This document shows positions 1-15,200 of a stretch of DNA of 64,000 bases, piece after piece. The notes below the pieces were generated by a model, which saw only the letters and a list, made by a program, of their open reading frames with translations, searched no databases and had not been told where the DNA came from. The stretch lies in NCBI GenBank assembly GCA_965235115.1, contig OZ249436.1, positions 39,558,001 through 39,622,000 on the forward strand. Direction: 5' to 3'. This DNA is from Laetmonice hystrix. Its lineage: Eukaryota. How positions within the stretch are numbered: position 1 is the first letter of the stretch; every line of letters starts with the position of its first letter. Both the position numbers and the translations under genes were made by a program.

Positions 1-1806
1 AGTGAAAATGTTGTGAGATGATTTGTTGTGTGTTATGGGTAAGAGTTGGTGTTGCGTGCTAGTCAGGCCCTGGTGGGGGAAGTTGTAAACTAGGTCAGGT
101 AGTGTTTGTGAGGCTAGCAGGCTAGGTTTACACTATGCCACCTCGCAGACCAGAAGCAGGGGCCCGCTACCGCCCCCCCCCCCTCTCCTCCCTGGCTGCA
201 GGATGATAGTGGTGATCTCAAAGCCATGGAGCCTGTGATGTCACTATCTAAATAGGTCTCTAATCTATGACACACTAATACACGCGTAAAAAATCGGCCT
301 TTACACAGTTGAAAATCAGCACTGTGGTGTCACCAGGTTTCACAACTACTACATGGTCACTTTAGTTCAAAGGATTTAGGAAAATAGTTTAAAACGTATA
401 TATATATAATACATGAAACTATATAGGCCTAATAACGTATACTTACATGCATGCAAGAAGGTTTCTAAGGTTTAACTAATGAAATTACTGCTCTTCATAC
501 AAAATTCAGATGTCATTACAGAACACACTTTAATGGTAGCGATAACTAAAATGACAAATGTGTTTCCCAGTAAATTATCCTCAAACTGTGATATACCAAT
601 TCCATGCTTATTAACTTATTCTACTGTAGTATATGAACATATTTCACTAGTCTTACCCTGCATTAATCTGAACATTCTATATCAAGCGATTACTTTGTAT
701 TATTTTCACATTTTCACTAGTCTAATAATGCATTTCAAAACTAAGTATAAAATGGTTCTGTGAAGTCTGTGAAATGAACCTCGACAATAATAGGCATAAC
801 CCCAAAGGATTGAGATGGAAAAAGAAAGTTTTCATTTAGTTTTTTTTTACGGCTTAACCAGAGTTAGGTCTGAGACGGTCTCTCTAAAAACTAGACTCGT
901 GCTCTAACCCATCAATGAGTTCTGCATCGCCAAGTCCAAAATGATGCCCCTGAAGGATAATCAATGGTTACAATGACCATCATCAGACCATCATGGCACT
1001 AGCTCAAACACGTGTTGTTCTATCTCACACAATAACATGGGTCAAAGGTCAATGCTCATTGTAAACAGTCATAGCTACCTGATTACCTAGACTGACAATT
1101 ACTTCTGAAAGTAGGTCATCCCAAATTATTTGAAAGGGTAGCCAGGTTTTACACTGCTTTTACAGGTGACCAAGTGACGTCTCTGGCAGCACATGTAAAC
1201 TATGATTTTAAATACGGTGTACGTAGTATAGATATAAATTTAAACTATGATTTCAAACTAAATTCATGCATTTTAAATGTTGCGTAAATGTATTTTTTTA
1301 ACCAATGAAACTATAATCTAAAAAGTAAAGTTCAGAACCTAGCTATGACCTCAAATCTTTCCTTGTTGCATTGTAGAAAGTGGCATTTTTTAGTACCTTC
1401 GTAATATGAAACTTCCTTACTATGGCTTATAGCACTGACACTTTTATTGCAGTATCATGGTTACAAATTAAGTTGACAAGTGGTCATTATGCAACATCAC
1501 AGTGAATAGTGATATCTTTCTGGTCAAACTCGTAGGTACACCTCATGTTCCCAAGGCCTGAATGTTTTCCTATAGATCATATCAATGAAAATTTATACAA
1601 ATCAGGACATTGAACTTTTGTGTTCTACTAGAAACACCAGGTTAACTGCTAGGTCACTGGTGATTACTTCACAAAATCCATCATTTTACCCTCCCAACCT
1701 CCCCCCCCCCCCCCCCACTCCACTCTCATTTCACACTGTTCCTGGCAAACATAAAGATAACCATGATATTACACCAGGGACAGCGAACATAATGTAATAA
1801 CAGTTC

Positions 1807-1976
1807 CAGGGCCGTGCCCAGGGGGGGGGGTTTTGGGTGTCTGTAACCCCCCCTGGGTGCCAAAGGTTTTTTTATTTTTAGTTTTTTTTTAGGTCCTAAC
1901 ACTTGGATCTGTCCACCGCAACCCCCCTCCCCTGCACCAGTAACCCCCCCTGCACCAATCTCTGGGCACGGCCCTG
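1807..1976. mobile_element. 170-bp MITE with a 5-bp TSD (possibly hAT-related)
   Basis: TIR CAGGGCCGTGCCCAG ... CTGGGCACGGCCCTG; AGTTC directly flanks both ends. Confidence 0.8.
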
Positions 1977-4900
1977 AGTTCCCTATATGAACAGGTTAGA
2001 CCAAGATAAGCCCCTACATATCAATCCTAAATACATACAGCCAAACATATGGGTTGTTCTTTGTCACACAGCCTGACCTTGCGTATTACAAAACCTATTT
2101 AATTTTCCATTATTTACTACTAAATAACATGTATATCACAAGCTGCGCCACTCCTGGCCATACAGCTCTTTGAAGTCGGAACCTTTCCTTGGCATGGAAT
2201 CAAAACACATAATGCTACCTACCAAGTCACTTCACTGGTACCTGCCATTTTACCTGACTACTGACTCTGTCCGTCTGTGACTGTGCTAATAATGACTTTC
2301 ACGATGAATCCAGTAGGTGTGTATTGAGTAAAATGTCCACATGTCTGGATGTCTGTGTAGTTAAAGGATTTGTAGAATACAGGCCTTCCGCCTGTTTTGT
2401 AGACCTCTACTCGGTTAGGCTGTATACTCAAGACAGTTCTATTATAAAAGATGTAAACACACCTGTCTCATGGAGTACTCAGTAAGGCCACCTTGGCCTG
2501 GCCTGGGATGGGCCATTTAAGTTAGGCAGAGATTGCCTTCTCGGATCATCTAATTGTCTCCTGAATTAGTCCCTGTCGTGATGGGGATAGAAGGAACATT
2601 ATGTACGAACTGTCAAGGACTATAAACAACAGGAGCCTAGCCACTGTTGACTGTAGCCGCGCAGGCAGTCAATGCTTGAGCAGATGGAATCTCAGATTCC
2701 GCCACATCCGTCACTAACAAACCTCCCTCTTCCTCCTACTCCACCGTTCACGTGTCATGGGGCAGCCTGTGTAGGCAACTACACAGTGTGTGTTGTAAGC
2801 AACTGAACAACTTACCATGGTGACTTTCCAGATGAAAACAACATAGAGATGAACTTCAATACACAACTGTAGAACCCTCGTGTGTCAGTTCCCATGTAGT
2901 ACAGTACACCCAAACAAAAATCCAAAATGGCTTCCAACTGTGCTGCCACCTAGTAGTGACTTCGCAAAGTACCTGTGCTCTGGGAGAAACTGGGGCAGCT
3001 GAGCCAGGACACATCCATGCCAGAGCAACAGGCCGGCTGACCTCACCCCTCAGCCACAGGTGTTAAATGGACCACCACAGACTTATTTATAAGAAAAGAA
3101 ACACACGCACATTTACGTCCCCTTGATATTCCTCAAAGGGGTTTGCACTTTGCTAAGTGGTCAGCCGTACATTAGATGTCCAGGGAGAATCTGTCTGGGA
3201 GCATCGATGGATACACACATCAGAGATGTGTGTGCTCATTCATCCGCGACAATCTGGCTCACCTCACCTGAGCCTGGGGTGCATTTGCATAATTAGTGCT
3301 ACCTGTATTCCAGTGCATGAACCGCCCAGTCAGCGCCTCCACCCAACCCGACTACCCGTTTGACCCTGACCCTCGATCTTCACTCAGAGCTGTCACAAAC
3401 CTCAACTGATACCACCAGCAAAGGTAGCGTCTCCTAACTCGCGCACCTGTAGGATGCTGGAGCATAATATAACATCTGTTCATTAAGTTGTTGAACCTCA
3501 CCACTTGTGAATCAATGTACTGGTTGCTGGGGTCATGATAAATACACATGTACCGAGTCACCTTATCTACCCCACGTATACTACCCCTGCTGATTGTGAC
3601 CGGCTGATCTAAGCATACATTTTAGAGGGAGATTACTTGTTCCTTAAACTTTGAGGTAGGGTGACTCCCCAAACTGTCAATGCCTTCGTAATCAACTGCA
3701 TGAACAAAAATTGTATGTAAGCCTAATACAAACTACACTTTTTTAAATAATATTATGTGTAAATATTTCAGCATTTAGGCCCTTTACCTATTCAAATAAT
3801 AGAATCGATAGCCTATATAAATTCTTTCCCTGGATGTCACAGAAAAAGAAGGACCAGGGCAGAGTATAGGGCCCATACCTGAAGCTGAACTAAAAAACAT
3901 TATCTTCACACGGTGACACATAGAGCCCGTTTTGGCTATTTTTCCTCCCTCCTATACAAAGCTCAGAGTATATACTCCCCAGCAAATAACAGCTATTCAA
4001 GGTAAGCAGATACTTTAATGACACTTGAAGGCCGATTATGACTGTGTGCCGTACTTCACTGCGCTGGCGGCTTATGGTTGTGAGCAGGGTAGAGACAGCG
4101 GCAGGTGTTGAGTCTGTGGACCACAACCCCCTTTTTAGTTCACAGGTGTGAGAACTTTTATTGTCATGGACTTGGACCTAAACAGGTCAGCCTGAGCAGG
4201 GACGTACCTCCTGACCTGAACTCTCTCTCCTATATTAAAATGACCAGCACACGGAGGTAAGGTTAGCCATTGTTGTCTGCTGAACCGGCGAGACCTTCTC
4301 GGCCAAACTCGGCGAGTCTCGCCTCATGCAAACGTCGCTCTAGAAAACCCCCACTCCCACAACGGACGCCACAACAATGCCTGATTGTCTGCCAAACTAC
4401 CAACTGCCGCGTTTGCTTTCCCCGCTCTCTTTGAACATGATTTACTACGAGTACAGCCTACTAATATACTTGTACCAATAGGTACACCTTTATGGGATAT
4501 GCAGAAATTAATTAGGCCTACATAATTTTTCTTTTCTTTTCTCCCACTTCCTCCAGATTCTAGAAGCAGACGTAATGGTTCCTGGTTGTACAAGGTTGTA
4601 CAGGACCTCCTTGTCAAACACGATAGCATCCTGAAACTCGGTGTTGGCCCACGGTACAACCGGTCACGGACCTTCGTCACCCTGGCAGTGTCAAACAACC
4701 GCCAAATTAAAAACATATGTACAGACAAGAACCTTTGTATCCCAGTGATAACTCAAGACACAAACACCTAGCCGCCCACAGATTGTACTTTAGAAAGATA
4801 ACGCCGCCCATTGTCTCAGAACGAAGGCGATACGACTGAAGCTCTGATTGCCCTAACGCTATAGGCCCCTACATTCTCTCACCTGGCGGCACGACATGAC

Positions 4901-7900
4901 AGCAGGGTCAGCACACCTGATCACCATGGCAACATGTTACCGTGACACCACATGGCATCATTAATCCCTGGTCAGTCGCAGCTGATAATCTACAGGTGTG
5001 AAACTCATATTGAACCTCACAGGGGTCACAGCCTGGACTTGACCTTTACCTCCTTTTTTGCAGGAGTGCTGGCGGAGAATTATACCCTGCTTTATCTAGT
5101 GCTAAAGAAACATGTAGTAAGTGTTATATGTGCTAGTCTATGTAAGGTGTAAGCACTGGGGCAGTGGACAGGCTTGGGGCACTCGGCACACCGTTCCACT
5201 GACGTCATGTCTCGGCTGTACGGAGAAGGTCGCCATGTTGGGGGGTGGGGTGGGTGGGTGGCTAGGTGGGGATCAGTGGCCCAGATGTAGACAACAGCAA
5301 ACTGAAAGTCCTATGGATGGTGCCGCCGTGCCGAAAATGGAAAACTCCCCACTTAATTAGCCTGTGTCGGACTTTACACAGTTAAAATATCTGGTTTGCT
5401 CACAAGTGAAGAAGATACTGCTTTTCCTCCACGGTAGGCCTAGAAAATCAGGATAGGTATGTTGAGAAATTAGATTTGAACTATGTGCCTGTGCGTAGGG
5501 AGAAATTCGATTATTTACGGCTCATCTCTACATCTGCGATGCCGCTTTACACGACTTTGCGCAAATCCTGGGGAAATGGCCGCTTCATACATTCAAGGCC
5601 TGGGTTCGCCTCCGGATATGACCTAGAAACAGCCAATCAGAAGCAGCGTCGGTGTTCCGAGTGAGGCTTTGGGTATAGTTCGCTAGTACGACCTAAACAA
5701 TCAAACTTACGGTAAGGGCTGATATTTATGAAACTTCAAAATTGTCCTTCCTGCTCAAACAGGTATTCTCTTCCATAACATATATACTCTCAGATCATGA
5801 CATGTGGATAATAAATTCTAGTTTTTTTGGGTAGTGTTTTGGAGATGAAAATATTAAGGATTTTTGTTTCACTGAGACTACGCGAGGGTTAAGAAGCCAA
5901 AAGGATGCCTAAAGTAGGACGCCTATTTCGCCAACCCCCTCTGGTTCTAGGGACACATCCAATTCAGACCCTGTGCGTACCATCTTCAGCTCATAGTCAT
6001 CGCCCTGAGGGCCCCAACAACAGGTCATTCTGATATCACTGTCTTCCCCGGTCCACAATGGTTGGCCCCTAGATTACCCCTGTACTCTCAGACCCCAACC
6101 CTAACCCCACCCCTACCATCACCAGGGGTTCACCCTCAGTCCTGGGCCTTTCAAAACGGCGGTCATTTCCTCCCATGCATCACCAACAGTACTACATTGC
6201 TCATCACTGTATGCAATTCACCCGGCATTTTCTCACTGATGCCTACATTATGATCATAAGCCCGTATGGTGTAGTTTCCGCAAAGCTCACACAAAAAGTG
6301 GCAACATCGACGCATTCCTTTATTATGATTACACCATTTATCTATTCCCTATTACTAGATTTTTGAACTTTTATAATTACTTTAAATTACTTTAACTCTC
6401 TTCTTTGTGAGAGTTAGCAGCTGTTGTGGGGCTCATTTTATAGGCCGTTTTGCATAGAAGGCATACAAAACGTTCACATTCGTGGCGCCATCGTTTTCAC
6501 CTATTACGCACGTTTCCAGAACTCTATGGGCCCTGGGTGCCTGCCTACTCTTTGGTATCATCCTGCCACACACCTCAGATTACACTAACAGTAATTCTAG
6601 CTGTATCCAAAGATATTAATTTTGACTGAAATGGCCGCACGCATCATAAAACATCATTACGTCGGCCTTCTGTGCCTTGCCCTACCGGACAGGCAGGCAA
6701 GATAAAGTTCCATAATATATGACAAACTTTAAGCATATCGGTGTTTTCTATCATTCTGCAGACAACACTTTCCATTCATGGAGGACGTATGAATTATTAA
6801 TCTATTGCCCCAACTGGAGAAATGGGATCTAGTTTGGGTTTGGATTTTCTCCCTGACTGTCCCATTTTTGATCATTTAGCCCTCGTGCCCAATTTATGTA
6901 ACCCTAACTTCCTTCGGCTTCAGCCTCAGACGGTTATTTATATTATGATCTACCTTAATAAAACCAATAATCAAGAGGAAACTCTCTGTCATGAGGACAT
7001 CGACCATGAGCGAACCGACGAGGTGCGATTGCTGTCAACTGGTGAACTCCCTGCGTGTGACGAAGAGCCGGGAACCAGCAGACTGAAAATTGCGCATCGG
7101 AAGCTATCCCAGAAGCCGATAGTGCCAGAGATGGTTTACGGAGAAATAAGTATCTGGGACCAGATTGCTTCGTTATTTGCAATGAACATTGAACATGGTA
7201 TTATTTCCTGCTCTCCGCTCTGTACAAGTACGGCGGTCCTTCTTCCCTATACCCAACAAGGTCAACCCCCCCCCTCTCCAAATACATGGACTTTTAACGT
7301 CTACAAATATTTTCTTTCTAACCCCTACTGTTTCGATTTGAAATATTAAATAAGATATACAAACTAACCGATAAACGAAGATGTCTTTCAATTGTATCTT
7401 CAAGCAGAATGAGATTCCGATTTTAAACTGCATTTTCATTGGTCCTGGCAAAGTTGGCAACCACTCAGTTCGTCGCCAACATCCAAAGTTTGATCATTCG
7501 TGGTGATGTATGGATCAAGTTCAGATTAACGTACTAGTTTATTGAAGTGATACAATCCTGCGAACGTAATAAAAGCGGCAAATCTTTTCATCAGATCTAG
7601 TTGTAGACAAGAGTGACAATGTCATTGCTGTGTGGTCTAAAACATAAATTACGTTTAATAGTCGACGCTAGAATCGAGGACCCGACCCCTAGACCCTTGC
7701 GGTAGACAAACTATTGTTATCTGACATGTAAAAGACTTGCGGCCACCATGAGGCTAACACCATGGAAGCATAAATCATAGCACAAACACCATGTTCGACG
7801 AAACAATTAAAGCATATGTATGCCACATGCCTTGTTTAACAGCTTCTTAACAATGAAACGGCAACAATGTTAACCCGAGTTTAAAAAACTCATAAGATAA

Positions 7901-7952
7901 ATGAATAAGCAGAATCGATACATGTACCGGTATCACAGAGTATGCCGGTATA

Positions 7953-8182
7953 TAGGGTGGGCCCAAAAAAACCTGGAACACTTGATTGCAATTTTTGACA
8001 TGCAGTTTTAAAAATGGCACTACATTGTATTTTTAGACCTTTGGACCTATTTATCTGAAATTTGTACCACAGGCCCCCGAATAACTAGATGATATCATGT
8101 GCAAAATATTATGACATTGGGATAAAAATTGTAGAATTTATAATCAAGAAAACAGTGTCCCAGTTTTTTTTTGCCCACCCGA
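7953..8182. mobile_element. Degenerate Tc1/mariner-like MITE
   Basis: TAGGGTGGGCCCAAAAAAACCTGGAACACT ... AGTGTCCCAGTTTTTTTTTGCCCACCCG form imperfect inverted ends. Confidence 0.5.
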
Positions 8183-9156
8183 ATCGATATACTAAGCAAT
8201 ATTATAGGAGAGGGCGAGAAACAAACAGAATGACAGTTAAAAGATCTTGACAATCTCTCAGTCTCATGAAATAGGCGTGTCTCAAAACTACACGCAATAC
8301 TGGCAGATATACCGCACACCGATCCACAAGACCAGCATTGGATCGTACATCTGACCCGGACAACATTGTGTTGGATCTGGCTGGCAACCTAGACATATAC
8401 AAGGGAGATTCAGGGTCTGCTTCATCTTTTATAAACCCATGTTCATGGCAAACATTTTTCCCATCACGTCTTGGAGGGTGCATTTCTATAGCTTGTGGAC
8501 TTTCCCAGGGGAACGACTAACCAACGCCTCAGGTGAAAGCGTTTAGACTACACATTAATTTTTGGGTTGATAATAGATACTAGCGTCTTATCCTCTTCCT
8601 TTTTCTTTTCAAACGGTTTCTTACTCCGAGAGCCTTACAATACCGTAGCATGGTTAAGAATAATTCTCCTTTGTTGCCTATCCCCTTACCGCTACTGAGT
8701 TGAAAGAACAGGTGTAGCACTGTGTGTCCTCCTTCCTACATTTAATAGTCCTGCCTATTATAGCCTTTGTTGTGATTAATCATTTGTTCACTTGACTATC
8801 AGAGTGGGAATTAATTTTCTTTAAGATATCACCGGCCATGTCACCTAGTAAGCAGATGTACTAAGATTATAAGGGTTCATATTTTACATCTGGCCTCCGT
8901 CTGCTACATCACCATATATGGATATATTCCCTTTCTGTAGTTCAATATTCTCATGCTTTCATATTTACATGATATCTTTAGTAATCCGGTAAACTCCTGT
9001 AGAAAGTGAGTAGGCCTATTTCTGTTCAAAGAAAAGTCCTGGAGATTTCATAGCCGAACCTTTCCGACCGGTACTACAGAAAATATCACCTCCATCACCA
9101 GTCTAACCTGTCAAGATGTCAGAGGTCAACTGGAGCCTGACCAGGCCCAACATACC

Positions 9157-9280
9157 AAGTGGAGCCAGGCGGCAAGTGGACTTGGCGGCAAGTGGAGCCT
9201 AGCGGCAAGTGGGCCTGGCGGCGAGGGGACCAGTGGGCCAGGCGGCCTGGCGGCGAGGGGGCAAGTGGGCCTGGCGGACC
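9157..9280. repeat. Short GC-rich degenerate tandem repeat (unit about 16-19 bp)
   Basis: Repeated GGCGGCAAGTGG(A/G)CC(T/A)-like units. Confidence 0.7.
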
Positions 9281-12200
9281 CCAACGCAGTGGACCAACCA
9301 TGGCCAGCTGGGGCAGCCAGATGCTCGCACACCTATACGGTTTAGCTGATGATCAATTTGCCTAGACCATAGTATTGATCAGTTTTATCCACACATAACC
9401 CACCTCCCAGCCAGAACACCTGTGTACGCAGGACATCACCACAGGCAGAACGCTCATCGCATGCGGTTTGCGGCGAATTGTGCTAGTAGGGCCTAGAATA
9501 TGGCAAGGCCACTGAGCTTCGACTCCACGTGGTGAATCCCCGACACCGAAAACTCCTCACCAATCAATGCCGTTTCCAGGGGACCGTAGCAGTCAGACGA
9601 TGTTTTGATGATCTGTAGTTAGTCTGATCCCCAGTCACAGAGGTCAAGTTCTTTTATTCCACCCTGTCGGCTAACTAGTGTCCCACACAAGTTACTTTGT
9701 ATTATCTTTAGAAAGCTCGTTTACCAAACATTTCATTGCCATTTCTTCTAGTTTCCTACTTTCCAGTCAGTTCTTCCACCACATAAGTTATTTACCCATT
9801 ACACCGACATATGAGACGGACACTCCGAGACCAATCCTTCGGGCTTATGGTAAAAACCTCACTGCACACATTTACAATAGTAACAATGATCCTAATATTA
9901 CGTACTAACAGACGTGCCTCACACAAAAACCTACACTTTCCGTTACAAACAATGCGGACAAATGCTCCTAAACAGTAACTAGGCTTTTAAAGCTAAGTCA
10001 TTCCAAAAAAAAGGCAGTTCAAAAAGAAATAATTTCAGTACATCTAAAAAATACCTTGAGTAGCACGTAGTTTTTTTGTTGAGAAACTATATGCTATGTT
10101 ACAAGTATGACTTATCTACCCTCCAAATCAGACGCGGCGAAAACGTCATCTGCCGCCGTCTTGACCTGCTGGAGACGGTTACTCCAAGTATCTCACATCT
10201 GGTCACATGACAATACCGTGAGAAGAACCTTAGTAACCACACACACGGCGCCCTAATGTCTGACCACTGATCGTCCACTAATCGAGCGGGATAGCTTGGA
10301 GGAATAATGACTTCCGTTCTCGAAAAGATTCTGTAAAATTCTACACCTTCCTTCCTCGTTCAGACTAGCTGTTGCCTGTGGCTGCTGGCATATCACTGCA
10401 AACCCAACTCGATACACATACTCTGCCGTGAAATGACAAAAGGAAGCAAGTCCAACTTTCATCAAAATCGACTTAAGTGTAAATTTGGATTCGGGGACCT
10501 AAGTCCTATCTATCAATGGGTGTATTTCTGCTAAACATCCTTCTATAAAGCCATATCAGTCACATAACAGAAGGAAGCATGCCCATCCAACTGCACTGTA
10601 GAGACAACTTGTTTATGTCCATTTCTCGAAACATGAACTTTTGGACTTGCTTCCTTTTGTCATTTCACGGCAGTACTGCTCCTTCGATTAATGAGATACG
10701 ACCAAAGCTAGAGTGGGCCCTGGATCTTGACACTAACATATACTGCACACATGGATCACAACACCTACCGTCTTGGCAGGTCTTAGTTACCAATTTTGAT
10801 TTTTATTCAATATTTATAAAGCAGCTGCCAGCACATGCCATGACGTCTCAAGGCAATTGCTCCAAGCTGTTTTTTCCCGAAGAGAAATCCTTTTGTTACA
10901 TCACGAGCCCAATAATGTTTTTGCAATGAATCACAGGATCTTCCAAAATGAATGTGCCCTTTTGGTTGAATGCCAATAGAGAATTTAACCCATCCATCAT
11001 AAACGACTTGTTGGTTTCTACTTTTTAAAAGTTATCTGGCACAAATCTTCGCATCGCTTTCGATTACCACCACGTATATTTCGTCGAAGATGACGTTAAT
11101 CTCAGTTGAATACTACGTTTAAGCCATAAAAACCCCCCACAAAATATGATGTTTTCATGTTGTAAAACACACAACTTTTCAATTTCACACAATGTTATTA
11201 AAGGTAATATATTTATACTTTTGCGCTTAATAATGCTGGGATTGCTTAAAGTCTCAATGACTGTAACCCCACACCGACGGTTCCTCTGAAGTCAGACAAA
11301 ATACTGCACTAATTTGGCATCAGCATTGACAGAGTGAGGACAGAGGATGGATGGAGGTCACCCTGTCTCTGGGAGAGGTCATATGATAAACTGAACAGTA
11401 TAACAGGAACAATTGCATTGAGTGACCAACCATCTGGCCATACAGACGTCTAGTTCTACTTAAATTGCTCAATGCTGCAACAAGTAACACAACTCTGCCT
11501 GTTCTTGTTCAGTAGACAACCTGGCTGGCAACGCGCGGTTGGGCCATTCACTTAACAACCGCCCAGAAAACAGTAACTCTTTTCATAAGCGGGCCAAACA
11601 ACGTTACACGCCAATTCCCTCATTCTGATTACCTGGTCTTGTTTGTAGACCTGTGGGAAAACCCTCTTTCTACCACGGCCCCTGGAATGATCCTGACATA
11701 ACATAACACAATTGCCCTTAACTCAACCATGATATAACCAAGCCAAGAATTTTCAATTCAAGTGGTTTAACATACGTTTTTATCTAAGTTTGTAGCATGT
11801 GAACTTTACTGCATGCGTTATACATTTTCCTTACCTGCATGGTTCGAAGGAAGCGATCTGATGGGCAATATGTTTTAAACAGGCCAGTAACCGCAACCGA
11901 GTCGGTTTACAATTGAATCAACAGGTTCTCAGAGTACTAAAATCTTGATTAAATTAATACTCGAAATAAAATCGAGTCATATATTCGAGAAAAGGAAATT
12001 TGGGTGTCCTTGTGCAAAAGAAAGGACCTAAAATACGATGGACGAATCCTTTCAGAGAAATAAAGCCCATGCCGAGAGTGGAAATTCACTAAGCCGTTTC
12101 GACCCTCGACAGAAGGGCACAGACTCTTTGTCAAGTTTTAAATGCCTCAGGCTGAGAGCACTAAGCCAACAAGCTCCTCACATGGCCCTTCGTATGCCTT

Positions 12201-15200
12201 GACGTCGTATGGAGGTAGTTTATCTAGACTTGGTGAAGTGTACATGTAACATAAAGTAAGTTCTCAATCCATGCATCTAATATGGACATCATGACAAAGA
12301 ATACCGGAGAGATTTTTCCAAAATAAGCATAATTGCATACATGACGATGTCGAACTACATCCTTGTCGTCTCAATAACACTAAGTCTTATTAAAATCATG
12401 CACTGCACCTATTTCTTGTTGACATCATGTGACTTGGAAAAGTTATGACAGGTCAGCAGCACGAATAAGCACTTTCTTACCACAATACTGCCTACAGCTA
12501 AGGCGTGGAAAACGGTCTATGGAAAATTATACAGTGTCAGTCAACATGGTCAAGTTCAGCGAGCGGATTTTTTTTAGAAGTGCTATAATACTGAGAAGAA
12601 CTTCGTCATATCTGGGACAGGAAGTTGGAAGGATGTCCTCAGCTATTTTGTATTTGACTGATGAATGACAAACTTTTAGCTGACCACCAGGAAAAACCTC
12701 TCTATCATGTCGGAGTCGTCGCTTACACTGTGCTGGTTAGCGTACGAGGCCAGCCAAGGTCGGAGTTAGAGGCCTTATGTGCTGCTGACCCAGTTTGTGT
12801 GAGGACAGCTGATTCTGTCTGCCGCCAGGGTGACAGTGCTTGTGTCACCACTCACTGCACCTGAGGGGATTCAACTGCAGTGATGAAGTCACCGCTCTGA
12901 GAGACCAAAACAGCCTGAAAATGATCACTGAGCTTGGCTCTATGGTTATATTTAAAAGCATCTATTATCACCTAAAGAAGACGTGTAAGAAAACAATATG
13001 GACATGAGGCTTTTGAATTTTTTTTAAGTTTCCAAAAAATTAAGTTTAACCAAAATTCGTCTATTTTAGTCGAAAAATTATGGGCTGGATTAGTGGCCTA
13101 TTAATGACTGTCTTTCTGAACCTCTAAATGTTAATCCAATGTGTTCCAGATTCATGAATCTATCTCTTGGCTTCATTCATCCATCTTTAACTCTACACTG
13201 TAACACATGAAGGTAGATCCTTGAACCCCCAGTCTTTATAATGTCTTTAACTTCTCAAAAATTTCACCTGTACTCTAGTTATTTGCAGCAGTGAATACTG
13301 AAGCTTTATACACACGGGCTGCAAGCTTCACGGGCAAAAAAACTGGTTTAACTAGGGAATACAAGATTGCTTTCTTAAGCGTCTACCTGGAAGGTTGGAA
13401 CTATTCCAACAACACTGGTCAGGTCAGAAACAAAGAATGATCGATAACAGACAAACAGATTGTGTAACTTTTGCTCACCGCTATACTTCATCAGGTAGGA
13501 ATGTGACCATGTTCTCTTGATACCAAAATCGGCGACAGACCTACCTTGTTCATCCAGCAATGGCTGAGTGGCATCATTTAGCCATAGCTCTGCCCCAAAC
13601 TCGGCCATCTTGAAGTTATACTTATGGCCCGTGTAGTAGGACGGTTGGTACTGTACTTGCATTGACACACCTAGCTAGGACAAGGCGGGGAGCACAGGGA
13701 ACAGTTCTCAAGTTCCTTGCCGTCTGCTGTGGCTCTCAGGGATAGTCAATCCATAAGGGCAGTGGTCCAAACGCTACTGTGCTGCTTCATGGAACTTACA
13801 ACAGGTGTCTGACTGCATGCGTAGAACTGACAACACCTAGATTACAACTCATGTTCAGCAGGTCCCCAATGTTTAACACCGCCGTCACGGTGTAGGTGGG
13901 GAGGGGGGGGGGGGGGTCGTTCACAAAGTAAGGACGCCGCTGTATTGCCAATGTCCTAGTTTGGCTGTGTTATGGTTGCGGAGGATCCAAAGGGTGCTTT
14001 GCACAGGTGAGTAGCAGATATCTTGGAACAGCTGACATGAAACGGTCCGCAGACTCTGCCCCTAGTTGTACTCTCACTACTCTCTATCCTCTTACAGTTC
14101 TGCTCCCGATTTCACCTTTTATCAATCCACACCGATATAGATCTGATCAGCAGTAAGGTCAATGATAATCGACCTGTCTTTAGTCACCGTCAGGGTGTGG
14201 TGTTAAGTCAAAGTCTGATACCTGAGGCCAAGCTGAACACCCCCAAACTATACCTCTGAGCATATAAAAGTGCTCACTTAGTTAAACACACGGTGCATGC
14301 ACACATCAGAGCAAGTAAACGCAGTGGTTTTAGTACGGCCAGAATGACCCAGGGTCGATAAGGGCAGACAATAGTCTACCACCTGCAGAGACACAAGGTC
14401 AGAGCAAAGTTTAGTCTGTTATGAAACATAATTCCCGTAATTTGTGGGAAATTATCTGTATTCTAGAAGTGGGCTACTACTCCTCGTCATAAAAACTGGT
14501 ATTCTTTACGAATACACTCCCGAGAAATTCCTGTTGTATAAACTTTGAATCATTTAAATACAAAATGGCTTCTTTTATTGCTCCATTCTCGGCTTATTTC
14601 ATTTTTTCAGGATTCGCAGTTGTAAATAAAATATAAACATACGGTTCAGATAAATACGTCCAACTCCCTCCCTTCCCCCACCACACACTCTAAGCCAATA
14701 CCCGGTAGCTGTCCCTGTGGGTCCACAGGGACACCCTTGGTTCATTATAAATCATTATCAGACCAGATAAACTATAGAAAATGTCCAAAAACAGCTGATC
14801 CTAGGAGACCCTACATCCTAAGATGGATTCCTAGATTTCATAAAGGCACTTTTGAAGTACATCTCAAATTTCCCCCTTTCTGTGTACAGAACAATGGGGC
14901 AACACCCATTCCGGTAACAAAGTGTGACCACAGTAACTGCCAGGTACCAGTCCACTCCTGTCACAGACATCTTTTATTACCCAAGGGGTGCACTTCACCG
15001 CCCGCGGCCGTTAAAGGCACATTTTCCAGCCCACTGATTCTCTGTTTAGCTTGTCAGACGTAGTAATGGGCCGATACAGAACCATTCTTTGCTTTCAAGG
15101 TGTAGCCATTTTTCCTGAATGAAAAATAAACAGGAAGAACCGGGTACAAAGTCAGTTCACTAACAACTCTCTCCACTTCCCGTGAAAACCAGTTCGTCCA

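Noticed and set aside
6822..7349. 175-aa plus-strand ORF within the presumed DLG5 intron
   Set aside because: No recognisable homology, composition bias or exon structure; compatible with chance.
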